Below are positions 43,388-58,330 of a stretch of 64,000 nt of DNA, piece after piece. The notes beneath the pieces are model-generated. The model saw only the letters and a list, made by a program, of their open reading frames with translations, ran no database searches and was not told where the DNA came from. A program made the position numbers and the translations under genes. Numbering within the stretch: position 1 is the first letter of the stretch; the number at the start of each line of letters is the position of its first letter. Source of the stretch: Neocallimastix sp. 'constans'. Its lineage: Eukaryota. The DNA lies in assembly GCA_050613775.1 (NCBI GenBank), contig JBODTK010000012.1, positions 62,001-126,000 of the forward strand, in the 5' to 3' direction.

Positions 43388-44460
43388 AAAGCAAAAAAAA
43401 AAAAAAAATTAAAAAAAAAAAATAAAATAAAATTAAAATAAAATAAAAATAAAATAAAATAAAAATAAATATAAAATAAAATAAAATAAAAATAAAAATA
43501 AAATAAAATAAAATAGAAAATAGAAAATAGAATAAAATGAAGAAAAAATAAAATAATAAATAATAAATAATAAATAATAAATAATAAATAATAAATAATA
43601 AATAATAAATAATAAATAATAAATAATAAATAATAAATAATAAATAATAATAATAAATAATAAATAATAAATAATAAATAATAAATAATAAATAATAAAT
43701 AATAAATAATATATAATAAATAATAATATATAATAATAAATATTAAATAATATTAAAAAAGACATAAATACAAAATAGAAATATTTAAAATTTTAAAAAA
43801 AAAAAATTAAATATTTAAAAAATAAAAATAATAAAGTATTAATAATAAGAAATAAAAAATGAACAATAAATATTAAAAAAGATGTAAAAAAAACAAAAAC
43901 AAAAACAAAACAAAATAAATTAAAAAAAAAAAATAATAATAATAATTAAACATATTTATTCATTTATTATTACTTTTTTTTTTTTCTTTAAATTTATTAT
44001 TTAATAAAATTTGAAAATTCAAAGATGTCATTTCATCTCACTGCTTTCTTTTTTTTTTTTTTTTTTATAAAATTATTACTGATGAAATTGCTGAGAAATT
44101 TTGTGATAAAATAATAATAGAATATATTTAAATAACTTAATATATATTTAAAGAAGATATTAAGTAAACAAAATAAATAAATTAAAATAAAAAAGATAAA
44201 AAAAAAAAGTTTAGACTTTTTGTGAAATTTACTTCTTTACTTATTTAAATATTAAATATATTATTAATTATTTAATTAGTTATATATGAATATATTTTTA
44301 TTTCATATTTTGAATTTTTTTTTATTTAATTATTAAATATAAATTTGAATATATTAAAATTTTTTTTTTTATAATAATGTATAAAATAGTAATCATTTTT
44401 ATTAATTTACAGTAATATATTTACATATATTGAATTTGTATTATATATATATACTTAAAT

Positions 44461-44949
44461 TTATTTTAATAATTCTTTTTTTCTTGCTCCATTAATAGAA
44501 ACAGTACTATCTTTTTCAATATAGTCCACGGCATCATCTTCCTTTATTTTTTCAATAAGTGAGGTTGGTACGTTAGCAGCTAAACCTCTGAAACCAGTCA
44601 TTCTGTATACTTGGGTGATATTTTCTTCACCAATTAAAGTAGTTAAAGTACTAATTTTACTATCAAAAGCTTCTTGTGTCAATGAATCCTTTAAAATGAT
44701 AATATAAGAACTAATTTCTTCTGTTTGAACTTTATCAACAGTATATTCTCCTATTTTTGTAATGTAAAAAAAAAAAAAAAAAAAAAAATAATTTTGAAAT
44801 TTAATTTTACAATATTTTTTTTATTCATTTTATTGATAATTAATTTATATATTATTATTATTTAATTTACTTTTAACAATTTTTCCTTCAACACTAAAAG
44901 TTAAAAATAAAACAATTAGTGCAAAACAATATAAAAATCTAAATTTCAT
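44461..44949 (-). CDS. Small secreted peptidase inhibitor I9 (subtilisin propeptide-like) protein, 2 exons
   Basis: Exon 1 44949-44871 encodes signal peptide MKFRFLYCFALIVLFLTFSVEG. Exon 2 44750-44461 encodes SYIIILKD..ITQVY..FRGLAANV..VDYIEKDSTVSI, matching the I9 pattern. Confidence 0.85.
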
Positions 44950-44975
44950 TTTGATTTTTATTTAATAGATTATTA

Positions 44976-45008
<33 letters not shown>

Positions 45009-45984
45009 ATTTAATAGATTATTATTTAAAATTTCTTTTTTTTTTTTTTTATTTTATTTAGTAAAATTAAAAAATTAAAAATTTAAAAACACACCTACGA
45101 AATTGAAAATTAAATAGAAATTTTAATTTGTAATATTTTTTTTAATTCCATTAAATTATTTTTATATTATATTTTATTATATTTTATTATATGATATGTA
45201 TTATTATATATATTATTATATATATTATTATATATATTATGAATGTTATATATTTATTTATTTTATATTGTATAATATATATTTCATTATAAATTATATT
45301 TTATTATTTTTTATATTTCATTAATTTAATTATATATATATATTTTTATTTTCAAAAAAAAAAAAAAAATAAAATAAAATAAAATAAAGAATATTTTTGC
45401 ATATCTCTCTACACAATTAATTGTGTACTAAGATTATCAATAAGTGATATTAATAAGAAATATAAAGCGTGACCTATAACATATAAAACTTTATTCTATT
45501 CTTCTAAAATTTTTTAATAAAAAATAAAAATTATATATATTTTATTCTATTAAAATTTAAAAAAAAAAAAAAACTTATAAAAGTAGTATAAGTAATAACA
45601 AATAGAGAATTAACAATAAAATAATAAAAATATGAAATGATAATATAAATTCTTTAACAATTTTAAGACCTCTTTTTTTTTTTTTTTTATTAAATATTTT
45701 ATTTTATTTTTATTACAATTTTATTATTTATTAATATTTATAATTCTTATTTTATTTTTTATTATTATTATTATTTTTTTAATTATTATTATTAAAAAAA
45801 AAATTAATACATTTTTTTCTTTTTTCTTTTTATTTTTTTTTTAAATCCTAAATACTTTTTAATAATTAAGACCTTCTTTTAAGCAGTATTCATTAAATTA
45901 TTTTAATAATAATATTAATATTTATTAATGGCAATTCCCTATTATTGATATAAATTTTTTTTTTTATTCAATAACTATGTAATC

Positions 45985-46019
<35 letters not shown>

Positions 46020-46835
46020 AGAATTCGCCATGACTTTAACTAATAAAAGTTTTTATTGCAATTTACTTCATTTGAATAAAAACTATTATAAAAAAGAAAT
46101 AATAAATATTTTTTAATAATAATTTTATATATATATTTTTTTCTTTTTATTTTAATTGATATAAAAACTTTAATATTATTATTTATTAATAAATATTTAT
46201 ATATATTATTATTTTATCTTTATTAATTTTTATTAATATTTTAACCAATCATATTTATTTATAAATAAATATATATTATATTATTGGATAATAATTTATT
46301 CATGAAATATTTATTAGTTTCTTAAATTTAATAACTTATAAAAAATGAAAACTTCTGGCAGCCATCTTAGGCAATTTGAACAATCAAACGCAACCTAGTG
46401 TCGTATTTATATGGATCTGTAAATCCGATTGATTTATACGCGTTCCCGTTGTGAATAGTGAATCCGTTACCAACACAATTACGGACGTTGTTGTAGCTAA
46501 AAACAACTCTCGAGTTTGGCAATGAAGGAGTTTACCTGGGCTACCATACATCCCTTGATTTACAAATAAAGAGATTGAGAAATTATTATATTTATTAAAT
46601 ATTGAATTTAAAAATATTGGGATTTATAATTTTTTTTTGTTATTTTAATAGATTTTGTTAGTATAGTTTTAAGTTTTTTTGTATATTATTAAAAATAGTT
46701 ATTCCAAATATTTAAATCATTTAAAAAATCTGATATTTAAATGTTTTACATTAGAGTTAAAAGATAATTAATTATAAAAATGATTATGGTAATCCTATTA
46801 TAATTTGTTATAATTACATTTATTGTTTGTTAGAG

Positions 46836-46876
<41 letters not shown>

Positions 46877-48558
46877 GTTTATTGGAATATTTTAAGTTTA
46901 ATTTTATTCAATTATTTCTTATTTAATATTTATTTTTATTATTTATTTTTAAACCAATTTTAAATTTTCATATTTATATGTATTTTTATTTTGAATTATT
47001 ATATCATTTCAGTGTATTTTATAAAAAATGTTATCGTGTTGTGTGTTAACCCAATAAGTTAAAACTCTGTACTATTAACATTTTTTTTTTTTATACAAAT
47101 GAATTAAAGTAATAAGCATCAATGGCATTTTATAAATTAGAGAGTAAATCAATCAATTCTTTTAATTTATATAAAAAACTTTAAATAGTAATTCTTGTAT
47201 AGATAAAAATAAATTAATAAAAGAAATATGAAAAGTCATCCACAAAAATCTACTTTTTTTATTTTTTTATTTTTAATAAATAAATAAATAAATAAATTAA
47301 TAAATAAATAATAAATTAATAGATTAATAAATTAATAAATAAATAAATAAATAAAATTATATATATATAAATATATAATATATTAAAAATAAAATTTAAA
47401 GTTTTTTTTAAACATTTTTTTTTTATTTATTCCTTATTCCTTATTAGCATAAATTAAAAAATATATTTTTTTTTATATAAACAATATCATCATTTAACCA
47501 TTTTGTATTATGTGGAATGATCATTTATATATTAGTATTATTTGTGATATTTTAACATTTTTTTATGTATTTTACACATATTTTTATACTTTATACTTTA
47601 TACTTTAAACTTTATTATTTATTATTTATTTTAAACCCGTTTTATATTTTATTCTATATATCTCTTATTTTATATTCACTTTTATTAGTTATTTTCTATA
47701 AATCCATTCTATTTAAAATTTTATATTTATATATTTTTTGTTCTATAATTTAAATTGTATTCTATTTTATTATTATTAAATATTATTAGTATTATTATTA
47801 AATGTTATAATTAAATATTATTATTAAATATTATTATTAAATATTATTATTAAATATTATTATTATTCTTTTTAAACATAATTTTATTTTTAAATTTTTT
47901 AATTTTTTTAATTTTTTTAATTTTTTTAAAATTTTTAATTTTTCCTTTTTTTGTTGAATTAGTATGATTTGTGTAACCTGTAATGATGGATCATTAAATT
48001 TATTAAAATTATTTTGTAAAAATGTTTTAAATGAAAATTTTTTCTATTGCCATTTATGGATTGATAGGTTACACAAAATAAATGAAATAGCAAAATAACA
48101 ACAAAATAATTACAAAATAAAAAAATTATGAAATAAAATATAATAAAAAAGAATTATAAAATTTTATTGATCTACATAATGCTATATATAATATATATAA
48201 TACTAAAGATTATTTATTGAATGCTATAATCATTATTATTTGAATATTTATAATTATTATTTGAATATTTATTATTACTATTATTACTATTATTATTTAT
48301 TATTATTTATTATTATTTATTATTATTATTATTATTTATTATTTATTATTATTTATTATTATTATTTAATATTATTATTTAATATTATTTATTATTATTT
48401 ATTATTATTTATTATTTATTATTTATTATTATTTATTATTATTATTTATTATTTATTATTTATTATTATTTATTATTATTTATTATTTATTATTTATTAT
48501 TATTTATTATTATTTATTATTTATTATTTATTATTTATTATTTATTATTTATTATTTA

Positions 48559-48591
<33 letters not shown>

Positions 48592-49234
48592 TATTTATTT
48601 TTATTATTTATTATTTATTATTATTTGAATCTTCAATTAATTGAATAGTATTATATTATAGTTGTCAATGAAAGAATATTAATCCTCTTTTTTTTTTTTT
48701 TAATGGAGAAATGATTAAAAACTTTATTCATTAAAATTTTTTGAAATTTAATAAAAAGATTTTATGTGATTTTTATTTTAAAATTTTAGACAGTAATTCC
48801 TTTTTTTTTTAATTTTTTTTTATTTTTATTTTTATTTTTTATTTATTTATTTATTTTTTTTTGTTTAATTGATTGATTATCTTTTTTATTAAAAAGATAA
48901 TTACTTTTTAATTTAAAAAGTAATTTCAAAATAAATAAACTAAAATGAAAATATAAATAAAAATTAACATTAATAAAAAATAAAATAAATAAATAAATAA
49001 AGAAAAAGAAAAAGTTAAAATAAAATTAAATAGAACAAATAATTAAAATAATAGAATAAAGAAAGAAGAAAAAAAAAATAATAATAAATCTATATATAAA
49101 TATATTTATTAAGAAAGAATGATAATTGAAAATAAAATAAATAAAATATAAATATAAATAAAATAAAAATAAAATAAAAATAAAACAAAAATAAAACAAA
49201 AATAAGGTAAAATAAAAATTTTGTAAATATAATA

Positions 49235-52200
49235 ATGTTATTTAAGCAATTACGAATTTTACTTTGGCGTAATGCCATATTAAAGAAAAGAAGTTTTGTT
49301 TCTACCTTACTGGAAATTTTAATTCCATCTATTATTATTTTAATATTAGGTAATGTATTTTAATTATTAATATATTAATTAATTTTAATTATTATTATTA
49401 ATGTTAATTATTTTTATTATTATTAATATTATTATTTTTATTATTATTAATATTATTAATATTATTATTATTAATGTCATTTTTATTATTAATGTTAATT
49501 TTAATGTAATTTTTTATAATTATCTTAATTATTATTATTGTTATATATTATATAAATATGATGAATAAAACAGTTAGAAATTCAAAAATAAATAAAATTA
49601 ATAAAAAATTTGATCCTATTGAAAATATTCCACCCTATGTGGTAAATAATTCAACAAGAATATCTAATATTGATACCAGAAATGAATATTATTTTGTATT
49701 TTCTTCAGATTTTGATACCCAGAAACAAAACACTTTTATTGAAAATTTTAAATCAAATAAATATTTTAAAACATTTAAATTTATTGAACCAGGAATGAAA
49801 TTTTCAGATTTAAGAGCTAATGAATTTGAATTAAATAATTATGGTGAATTACAATATTTTGATTATTTGGATCCTGAAGATTTTGCAAATTCTAATGAAA
49901 CAGAAGTTGACCTAGGAAATGAAAATGATTATGTTGATTTTACCTATTATAAAATAGAAAAGGTGTTACAGGAATTTTTAATTAAGATATATAAAGATGA
50001 AAATGAATTTTACGATGACCTAAGAAAAGCAGTTTTTCAAATTGAAAGTAATATTATTGTTGATAGATATGCCGTAATATTTAATTCATTAACAGAATAT
50101 ACTTTACTTTATGAACAATATTATAAAGACCCATTAATTGATCAATTAAAAGTAGAAAATAATAATTTTATTAATGCAGATTTTTTAAAGGCTTCTAATC
50201 TTCAGATTTTAGTGAATAATGCCCTCATAAAGTCTTTTATGACTTCTCCTACAAATAATTTAAATTCAGAAATAGAATTTAGTTATAAAATTATGGATAG
50301 AGTGGGATATACTGAAAATCGTAGAAATATAAATGCTCATAAATATACTCCACTATTAATGCTATTTTATTTTGTTCCTTGTATCTGTTCCCTGCTTTCC
50401 TCTTTAGTTCTCGAAAAGGAATCTAAAATAAAGGAATCCCTGGTCATTCTCGGTTTAAGTAAATTTACTTTCTGGTTGTCATGGGCTATTGTTTATGGCA
50501 TTATTGTAATTCTTGCTACCTTGATGGTCACTGCGGTCATGATCTATTCCGAATTATTTTCCGCTGGTAGTTGGTTTGTTTTATTAAATGTTATTTTTTA
50601 CTTTGGTATATCCTGTTGTTGTATTTCTTTTGTACTTTCTACTCTTGTCGATAAATCGAAGACCTCTCATACTGTTGGGGTTTTAGTGATTATTGCTTTC
50701 TTTTTATTATTCTTTGTTAATAAAGTTTTAAAGGAAGGATCCACCACTAAATCAATCTGTAGTGTTATTTTACCCCCGATAGCTTTTCTTTCCATTCTTC
50801 AAAATCTTATTAATTATGATCAACAGAATTTACCAATTTCTTTCAGAAATTTATTTATAAATTCAAGTTTAAGAGGCTATTTTATAGGTTTAATGGCGTC
50901 TGTCGTTTTATATTTCTTATTAGCCCTTTATTTAGATAATGTATTACCTCAAGGTAGTAATCTCTATAAGAAATGGCATTTCTTTATCACGGATCCATTA
51001 CGTTATTATTTTCATTACCACAATAAAAACAACAACAACAGCAATAATAATAATAATCATAATAATAATAATATTAATGATAGTCATAGTAATAATAATG
51101 ATGATGTGAATTCTAATTCATTTATTGAAAAAAATCCTGAAGGTCTTAAAGCCTCCGTAGAGGTTCGTCATATCAGTAGAAATTTCAAAATGGAGAAAGA
51201 AAATATTGAAATTTTAAGAGATATTAATTTCAATGCTTATTATGATGAAATATTTGCTATTTTAGGTCATAATGGAGCGGGTAAAACAACACTCCTTAGA
51301 ATTATGACAGGAGTCTTATCATCTACTGATGGTGAAGTCTATTATGATGATATTCCAATTCATGATAATGAAACCGAAATTTGTAAACAATTTGGATATT
51401 GTCCTCAATTTGATACTTTCAATAATAATTTAACGGTAGGAGAACATGTACAGTTATTTGCTGGTATCAAAGGTGTTGAGGTTAATGTAGATAAAAAACT
51501 TAAAGAAATAGATTTATTAAATAAAAAGAATAATTTCCCCAAGGAATTAAGTGGAGGTCAAAGAAGAAAGTTATGTATCGCTTTAGCTCTTTTGGGTTCA
51601 CCAAAGTATGTATTTTTAGATGAACCTACGACTGGTCTTGATCCATATTCCAGAAAGAAGGTATGGGAACTTTTATCTCAGAAAAAGAAAGGATGTACCA
51701 TGTTTGTGACGACTCACTATATGGATGAAGCGGATCTTTTAGCCGATAGAAAAATGTTTATTTCTAATGGAAGTATTGCTTGTCTTGGTACTAGTCTTTT
51801 CTTAAAGAATTGCTTTAACATGAATTATACCTTGGATGTAAATATGATGAATGGAAATGACAGTATACTTGTCGATTCAATTATTGAGCGTTACTGTCCC
51901 GGATCAACTCAAACTAAAATCACCACTTTAAGTCCATATAATCCATCCAATGGTCATGGTCCTAGTCATGGTCATGGTCATGATCATGACTATGGTAATC
52001 AAGAAGAAATTAAAAACATATATATTGTTACCTATTTATTATCAATGAAATATTCTAGTTTCTTTAAAGAAATTTTTAGTGGAATTAATGAATTAATTAA
52101 AGATCCAACGAATAGTATTAATAATTTCATTTTAACCTCTCCTACCCTGGAAGAACTCTTTACTAAATTAGAAAGTAATAACAACAACAACAACAACAAC

Positions 52201-55200
52201 AACAACAATAATAATAATAATAAAGAGGAAGTTGAAGAGATGAATAAACGACTTCAAAAAGTGAAAAAAATCACCCCAATTGATGTGAATAGTGTTGATT
52301 CTTCTGAATGGCATAATGAAAAGGATAAACTCATGAAGAAAATCGATCCTATATTTGGAAAGATTCAAAGTAATGGTAGCATGAATAAGCAATCCTCCTC
52401 TTTAAGACAAGTTTATTCGATCATTAATGTACGTCTAAAAATATTTTTAAGAAATAAAACTTTTGCCATCATCTATACCTTACTTCCATTTTGTCTTATT
52501 ATTGCTTGTATCATCTTTGAAAAACAATATATTAACGCACTCTATTATGGAGGTATTGATTTTAAACCACTAGAAATAAAACCTTCTCTTTATGATGAGG
52601 TTAAATGGTTCAAAAATACGGCCGCATCAAGTGATGTCGCATTAGATATTATTAATCGAATTGATACTAATCCTTCTAATAAAATAACATTGGAATCCAT
52701 GAATTATGATCAACAACTTACTCTTTCTTCTATTACAAAGAATTCTAAATATATTGGTGGATTTGCTGGTAAAGTCAGTCATGGTAATAATAATGATAAT
52801 GATAATAATAATGGTAATGGCAATGATAATGAAAATGATCATCAACAATCTTTACAATTTACTATTTATAATGAAGTTAAGTATAGTTATGTTATTCCAA
52901 TGGGTATTAATCTCATCTATAATGCCTATCTTGAACAAAATAAAATTAATAAGCAATTAACTGTTCATTATCAACCTTTACCAAAATTCATTGATACCCA
53001 TTTCCTGGAACAAGATGTAGATAAAAAAGTCAACGTATACCCTGAGCAAGCAAGATTAACTTTGGAGCCCATATTATCCTTGGCTATTGCAATTGCCATC
53101 TCTCTCTCGGTCTCGGTTTATGGGCCAATGACCGTGAAGGAAAGAGAAGAAGGTATTATCTGGCAACTCTTTTTAAATGGTACTCGTCGTATTAACTACT
53201 GGATTGGTATATTTATTAGTGATGCCATCTGTATCTTTATACCCATTATTTTAATTGCTATTGTTGGATTCATAAATGAAATTAATATCTTTGAAAGTCG
53301 AATTATTATTTATACTCTCTTCATTACCGTACAATGGATTATCGGTAGTTTACTTCATCAGTACGCTGTGGCTCACTTTTTCCGAAAATATGATCGATGT
53401 ATGAATCTCTTCCTTATTGTTAATCCAACACTTACTCTTCTTACCGGTATTTACTGTTTATTTATTTCGTTAATGACTTCAATGATCACTCAGTACAATG
53501 AGGATATGAATACCGATATTCTTGATAGGAATCATGATATGGAATATAAACAGTATTGGTTCTACCTATTTTTAATGCTTTTTGCTCCCGTAACCATTGT
53601 CCTCTATTACGCTAAGATATCTTCCTTTGTGGGTAGTCATAAACTGAGAATGAGTCAAAAATTATTTAAGGAGTATATCAATTCCAAAGTTTATCAGAGC
53701 ATTATCCGTGATACCAGTTTGAATGAAATTGAAAGAAATAAAAAGGTATCAACTGCCCTCTTCAATATGTGTTTCCCTTCCTTTTCAGATATGACAAAAT
53801 CCTTTGACTTAAAAATGATTGTGCTTTTAGCCACATCGTTAATTTTAATTTGTGGATTACTTCTCTTTTGGAGGGAAAGAAGAACCCTGAAAAATCTTAA
53901 ATGTTATCGTAAATATACCGAAAAGGAATTGGCGATAAAGAATAAGAAGATGGAGAAGGGACCGATCGATGTGTATAACGAATTCAAACGTATTGACGAA
54001 TCCATGAAATCCAAGGAATCTAGGATTAAAAATACTATTGCCTTAAAAGTCTATCGTCTTAATAAAGATTACCCAATGAAACTTTCACAACTTAAAAAAT
54101 TGAAAAAGAAAAAGGATAAAGAATTTAAAAATAAAAAAGAATATGAAATGAAATATGAACAACATGAATATGATCATGATTATGAGCATGATTATGAACA
54201 TGAATATAAATATAGATTTGAAAATGAAAAGAAAATTGAAGTAAAAATTGAAAATAAAGATAAATTTAACAATAAAAGTAAAAAAGAATATAAAGATGAG
54301 AATAAGAATGAAAATGAAAATGAAAATGAAAATAAGAAAAATGTTTTTGAAAGAATGGATCATCGAATTATTTATGATAAATCAAAAGGAAAATATGCGA
54401 ATCGTGTTGTAGGTGATGTCACTTTCGGAGTAGATGTTGGACAATGTCTTGGATTATTAGGTCCAAATGGAGCTGGTAAGACAACGTCTATCTCAATGAT
54501 TACCGGTATTATTTCTCGTACGCATGGTGATATAGTCTATGGGGATAAGAATTTAAATGATACCGATTTGTCAAAATTATCGCTCGGCTACTGTCCTCAA
54601 CACAATTCACTTTGGAAATTATTGACGGTTAAGGAAACCATTGAATTCTATCTTAATATTTGTGGCTATCCACCTTCTGAGATACCTCACTTTACCCAAT
54701 CGTTAATTAAAGCCTGTGGTATTGAAACTCACACCCGTAAAAGGATTTCTGAAATTAGTGGAGGAACTAAACGTAAACTTTCTTTAATTATTGCCATCTG
54801 TTCCTCACCAAATATTCTTATTCTGGATGAGCCCAGTGCCGGAATGGATCCGTTCACTCGTCGCTACATGTGGAAACTCGTTTCAGAATTGAAAAAATAT
54901 CGTGAAACCGCCACCATTTTAACGACTCATTCCACAGAAGAAGCAGAAGCCCTCTGTGATCGTTTAGCCATTCTGATTAAAGGTAATTTAGTATGCTGTG
55001 ATAGTCTTCGGTGTATTAAGATGAATCAAAGTCATCGTTACGTTTTGGAAGTCTTCACCGATCATCCGGAACAATTTGAAGTGATGTACGTGAGAAAGGA
55101 AAATCTTTTTGGGTTGAGTGGCACCGAATCGTACGATTTAGAAAGTTCTATTGCCTATCAAAAATATTTTGTAGAAATGAAAACGGAAAATATATCAAAT

Positions 55201-55311
55201 GTTTTTGCCATCATGGAAAAGGTAAAAGCTTCAGGACTTATTCATCAGTATAATTTTGGACAATATTCGATTGAACAGGTTTATCTTGATTTCATAAAAA
55301 ATACTCAATAA
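49235..55311 (+). CDS. ABCA-family full-size ABC transporter, 2 exons
   Basis: Exon 1 49235-49349 MLFKQLRILLWRN..LEILIP (ABCA N-terminus), spliced to 49574. Two TMD+NBD halves with GHNGAGKTT/LSGGQRRKL/LDEPT and GPNGAGKTT/ISGGTKRKL/LDEPS; EKESKIKESL motif. Confidence 0.96.
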
Positions 55312-55634
55312 AATAAAGGGAAAAAAAAAAAATTAAAAAATGAAAAAAATGAAAAAATGAAAAAAATGAAAAAATGATAAATGATAAATGATAAATGAAA
55401 AAATGATAAATAAAAATAAAATAAAAATGATAAATAAAAATAAAAATAAAAATAAAAATAAAAATAAAATAAAATAAAATAAAATAATAATAAAAAAAAA
55501 AAAAATAAAAAAAAAAAAAATAAAAAATTTGAAAATTTTAAAAATAAAAATATAAAAAATATATATAAACATTTTATATATTTATAATATGTTTTATATA
55601 AAAGTTTTATAATTTAATATTCTATTACTAATCT

Positions 55635-55673
<39 letters not shown>

Positions 55674-55692
55674 GTGTATAATTAAATAAATT

Positions 55693-55741
<49 letters not shown>

Positions 55742-55919
55742 AATAATTAGAATTATTATTTTTATATATAATAATAATAATTCCAATTATTCATTTATAT
55801 ATAAAATAGTTATACTAATCTTCTTTCTAATTATTTTAATATTATAATAATAATAATAATAATAAAAATAATAAAAATAATAATAAAGATAATAATAAAA
55901 TAAAATAATAATACTAATA

Positions 55920-55956
<37 letters not shown>

Positions 55957-56494
55957 AACGGAGGACCATTTCATATATAATAATTAGAGTCCTGCGCTCC
56001 TTAAAACTATTTTAAAATTTTTTTTATTATTACTACTACTACTATTATTAGTATTTTATATTTATGACAATTTTTTTAATTTTTTTTTTTTTAATTTTAA
56101 TCTTTTTAGTTTTTATTTTAATTTTTTTTTTTTATTTAATATATATATCTATATTTTTAAAATAAAATAACATTTTTTATTTTTGGCTATTAAAATAAAG
56201 TATAATAAAAAAGAATCATTTATTATATATTTCTTATATAAAAAAAAAAAATTTTTTTTTTACGCATAAATTAATATTTGATTAATAACTAAATAAAAAT
56301 AATAATAAAAAAAAAAAATAAAAAAATAAAGTCCGATAAAAAAAATAATTTTCTTTATTAATTTTTAGAAATTTCATTTCTACATTCTAAAATTCCAAAA
56401 AATTAATTTCCATTTTAGTACTTTTATTAGTTTAACAAAGTTAATAATTAAAATAAAATCTGTTGATCTTTTCATATTACTATTATTTTTTCTT

Positions 56495-56529
<35 letters not shown>

Positions 56530-57569
56530 TTATTTTTTTATTAAAGTTGAACTTTTCTCTCGCTATTATTTTAATAGTTTTATAAAACAGCTATAAATAA
56601 AATATAATTTTATGAATAAATCCATACAATATATTTATTTATATTATCATGATATATATTACAATATATAATATAAACTTTTATATCTATTGATAATATA
56701 TTATATGAATAGATTATTATATTAGAAGAGCATGGTAGAGTTTATCAATAATTTTTTTTTTTTTTTTTTTATTTTTTTTAGTTGTTACTTAACACTGTAA
56801 AATTATATATATATAAAAAGAATATTCTATATTAAAAATTCAAAATTAAAAAAAAAAAAAATAAACTATTTTATGTTACACAAATACATCTTTTATTCTT
56901 AACCAATAATATTTTGGATTATTAATTAAAAAAATTTTTTTTTTGATTATTCAATAAATCATTAAGGAGCAATAATGAAAGGATAAAATTATTAAAGTTA
57001 GGATATAAAACCCTTGATTCAAGGAAAGTTTATGACTTCTTGATTAATAGTAGATTTAATAGTTATTTTTATTTCATTTCATTTAACATTGAAGAATTAT
57101 AGAGTTACTAATTAATTATAAGCTATAATCGAAGTTCATTTTTTTTAAAAAAGAAAAAAAAAATATTAAAATTTAAATCATTTACTACTACCTATAAAAA
57201 AATTTATTAATCATTAAATCATTAAAATAAAAGTCATTACAATAATAGAATTAAAGATGAAAAAAAAAAATAAAAATAAAAAAAAATAAATAAAAAAAAA
57301 AATAAAAATAAAAAAAAATAAATAAAAAAATAAATAAAAATAAAAAAAACAGGTATAATTTCAATTTATAAAACATAAAATAATTTTTCATTCTTTTTTT
57401 TATATATGTATATATATATATATGAATGTAATTATGTATGATATTGTATTCATAATTTTTTTAATAATAATTTTATAAATGGAAACTATTGCTTAGAATA
57501 AATTGAATGTTTAATAGAATTAAAAAAAAAATTTATATAATATGAAATATTTGTTTATTTTTTTTTTTA

Positions 57570-57601
<32 letters not shown>

Positions 57602-57639
57602 CATTCTTTTATAATCAAATTTACCAAATTTTTATCTTA

Positions 57640-57991
57640 TAGATATTAAACCACCAATTCTTATTTTATAATACCTATTTTTTAAAAAAGTAGTATTAGT
57701 GCTTAGCTTATTAATAATAATCTATAACCATTTATACTAAATAGAATTTTTTTAATGTTAATTATCTAAAATGGAACCATTCCAGAAGTCATGAAATCTT
57801 TAACTAAATTAGAAAAATTATTTTTTACTTTATAAAATATTTAATTCAGAGGGACCTTTTTATTTATTCTTTAATATATTAAAATTTTAGATTTTTAATT
57901 TTAAATTTTAAAAAGTTAATAAAATCTACTTTTATTATTTCAAAATAAATATATAATGAGTACTAATGAATTACAATTAATGGATATTTAA

Positions 57992-58030
<39 letters not shown>

Positions 58031-58186
58031 GTTATATATAAATCTACACTGGAATTCATTGGATAAATAACAAACTTAAAAATCATTGTAAATGATAATG
58101 ATAATAATAATATTAATAATAATAATAATAAATAAAGATATGAACTTATTTCATTGCATTGTCATATATGATACGATCGAATGGAA

Positions 58187-58228
<42 letters not shown>

Positions 58229-58330
58229 TATTTTTATTCTGATTAATTAAAGAAATTTATCAGGTAATAATTTAAGTGGTTTTATTCCGGATGGCATATG
58301 CTAAAAAATATTAGACTGAATTAATTTAAG
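57640..58330 (+). pseudogene. Degenerate leucine-rich-repeat gene fragments
   Basis: Short exon-like pieces translate NGTIPEVMKSLTKLEKL (~57770) and NLSGNNLSGFIPDGIC* (~58255), fitting LxxLxLxxNxLSGxIP repeats. No intact gene could be assembled. Confidence 0.5.

Noticed and set aside
49558..49573. ATG 49558 as ABCA start
   Set aside because: It lies in the intron. The canonical ABCA N-terminus is encoded at 49235-49349 and splices in phase to 49574.
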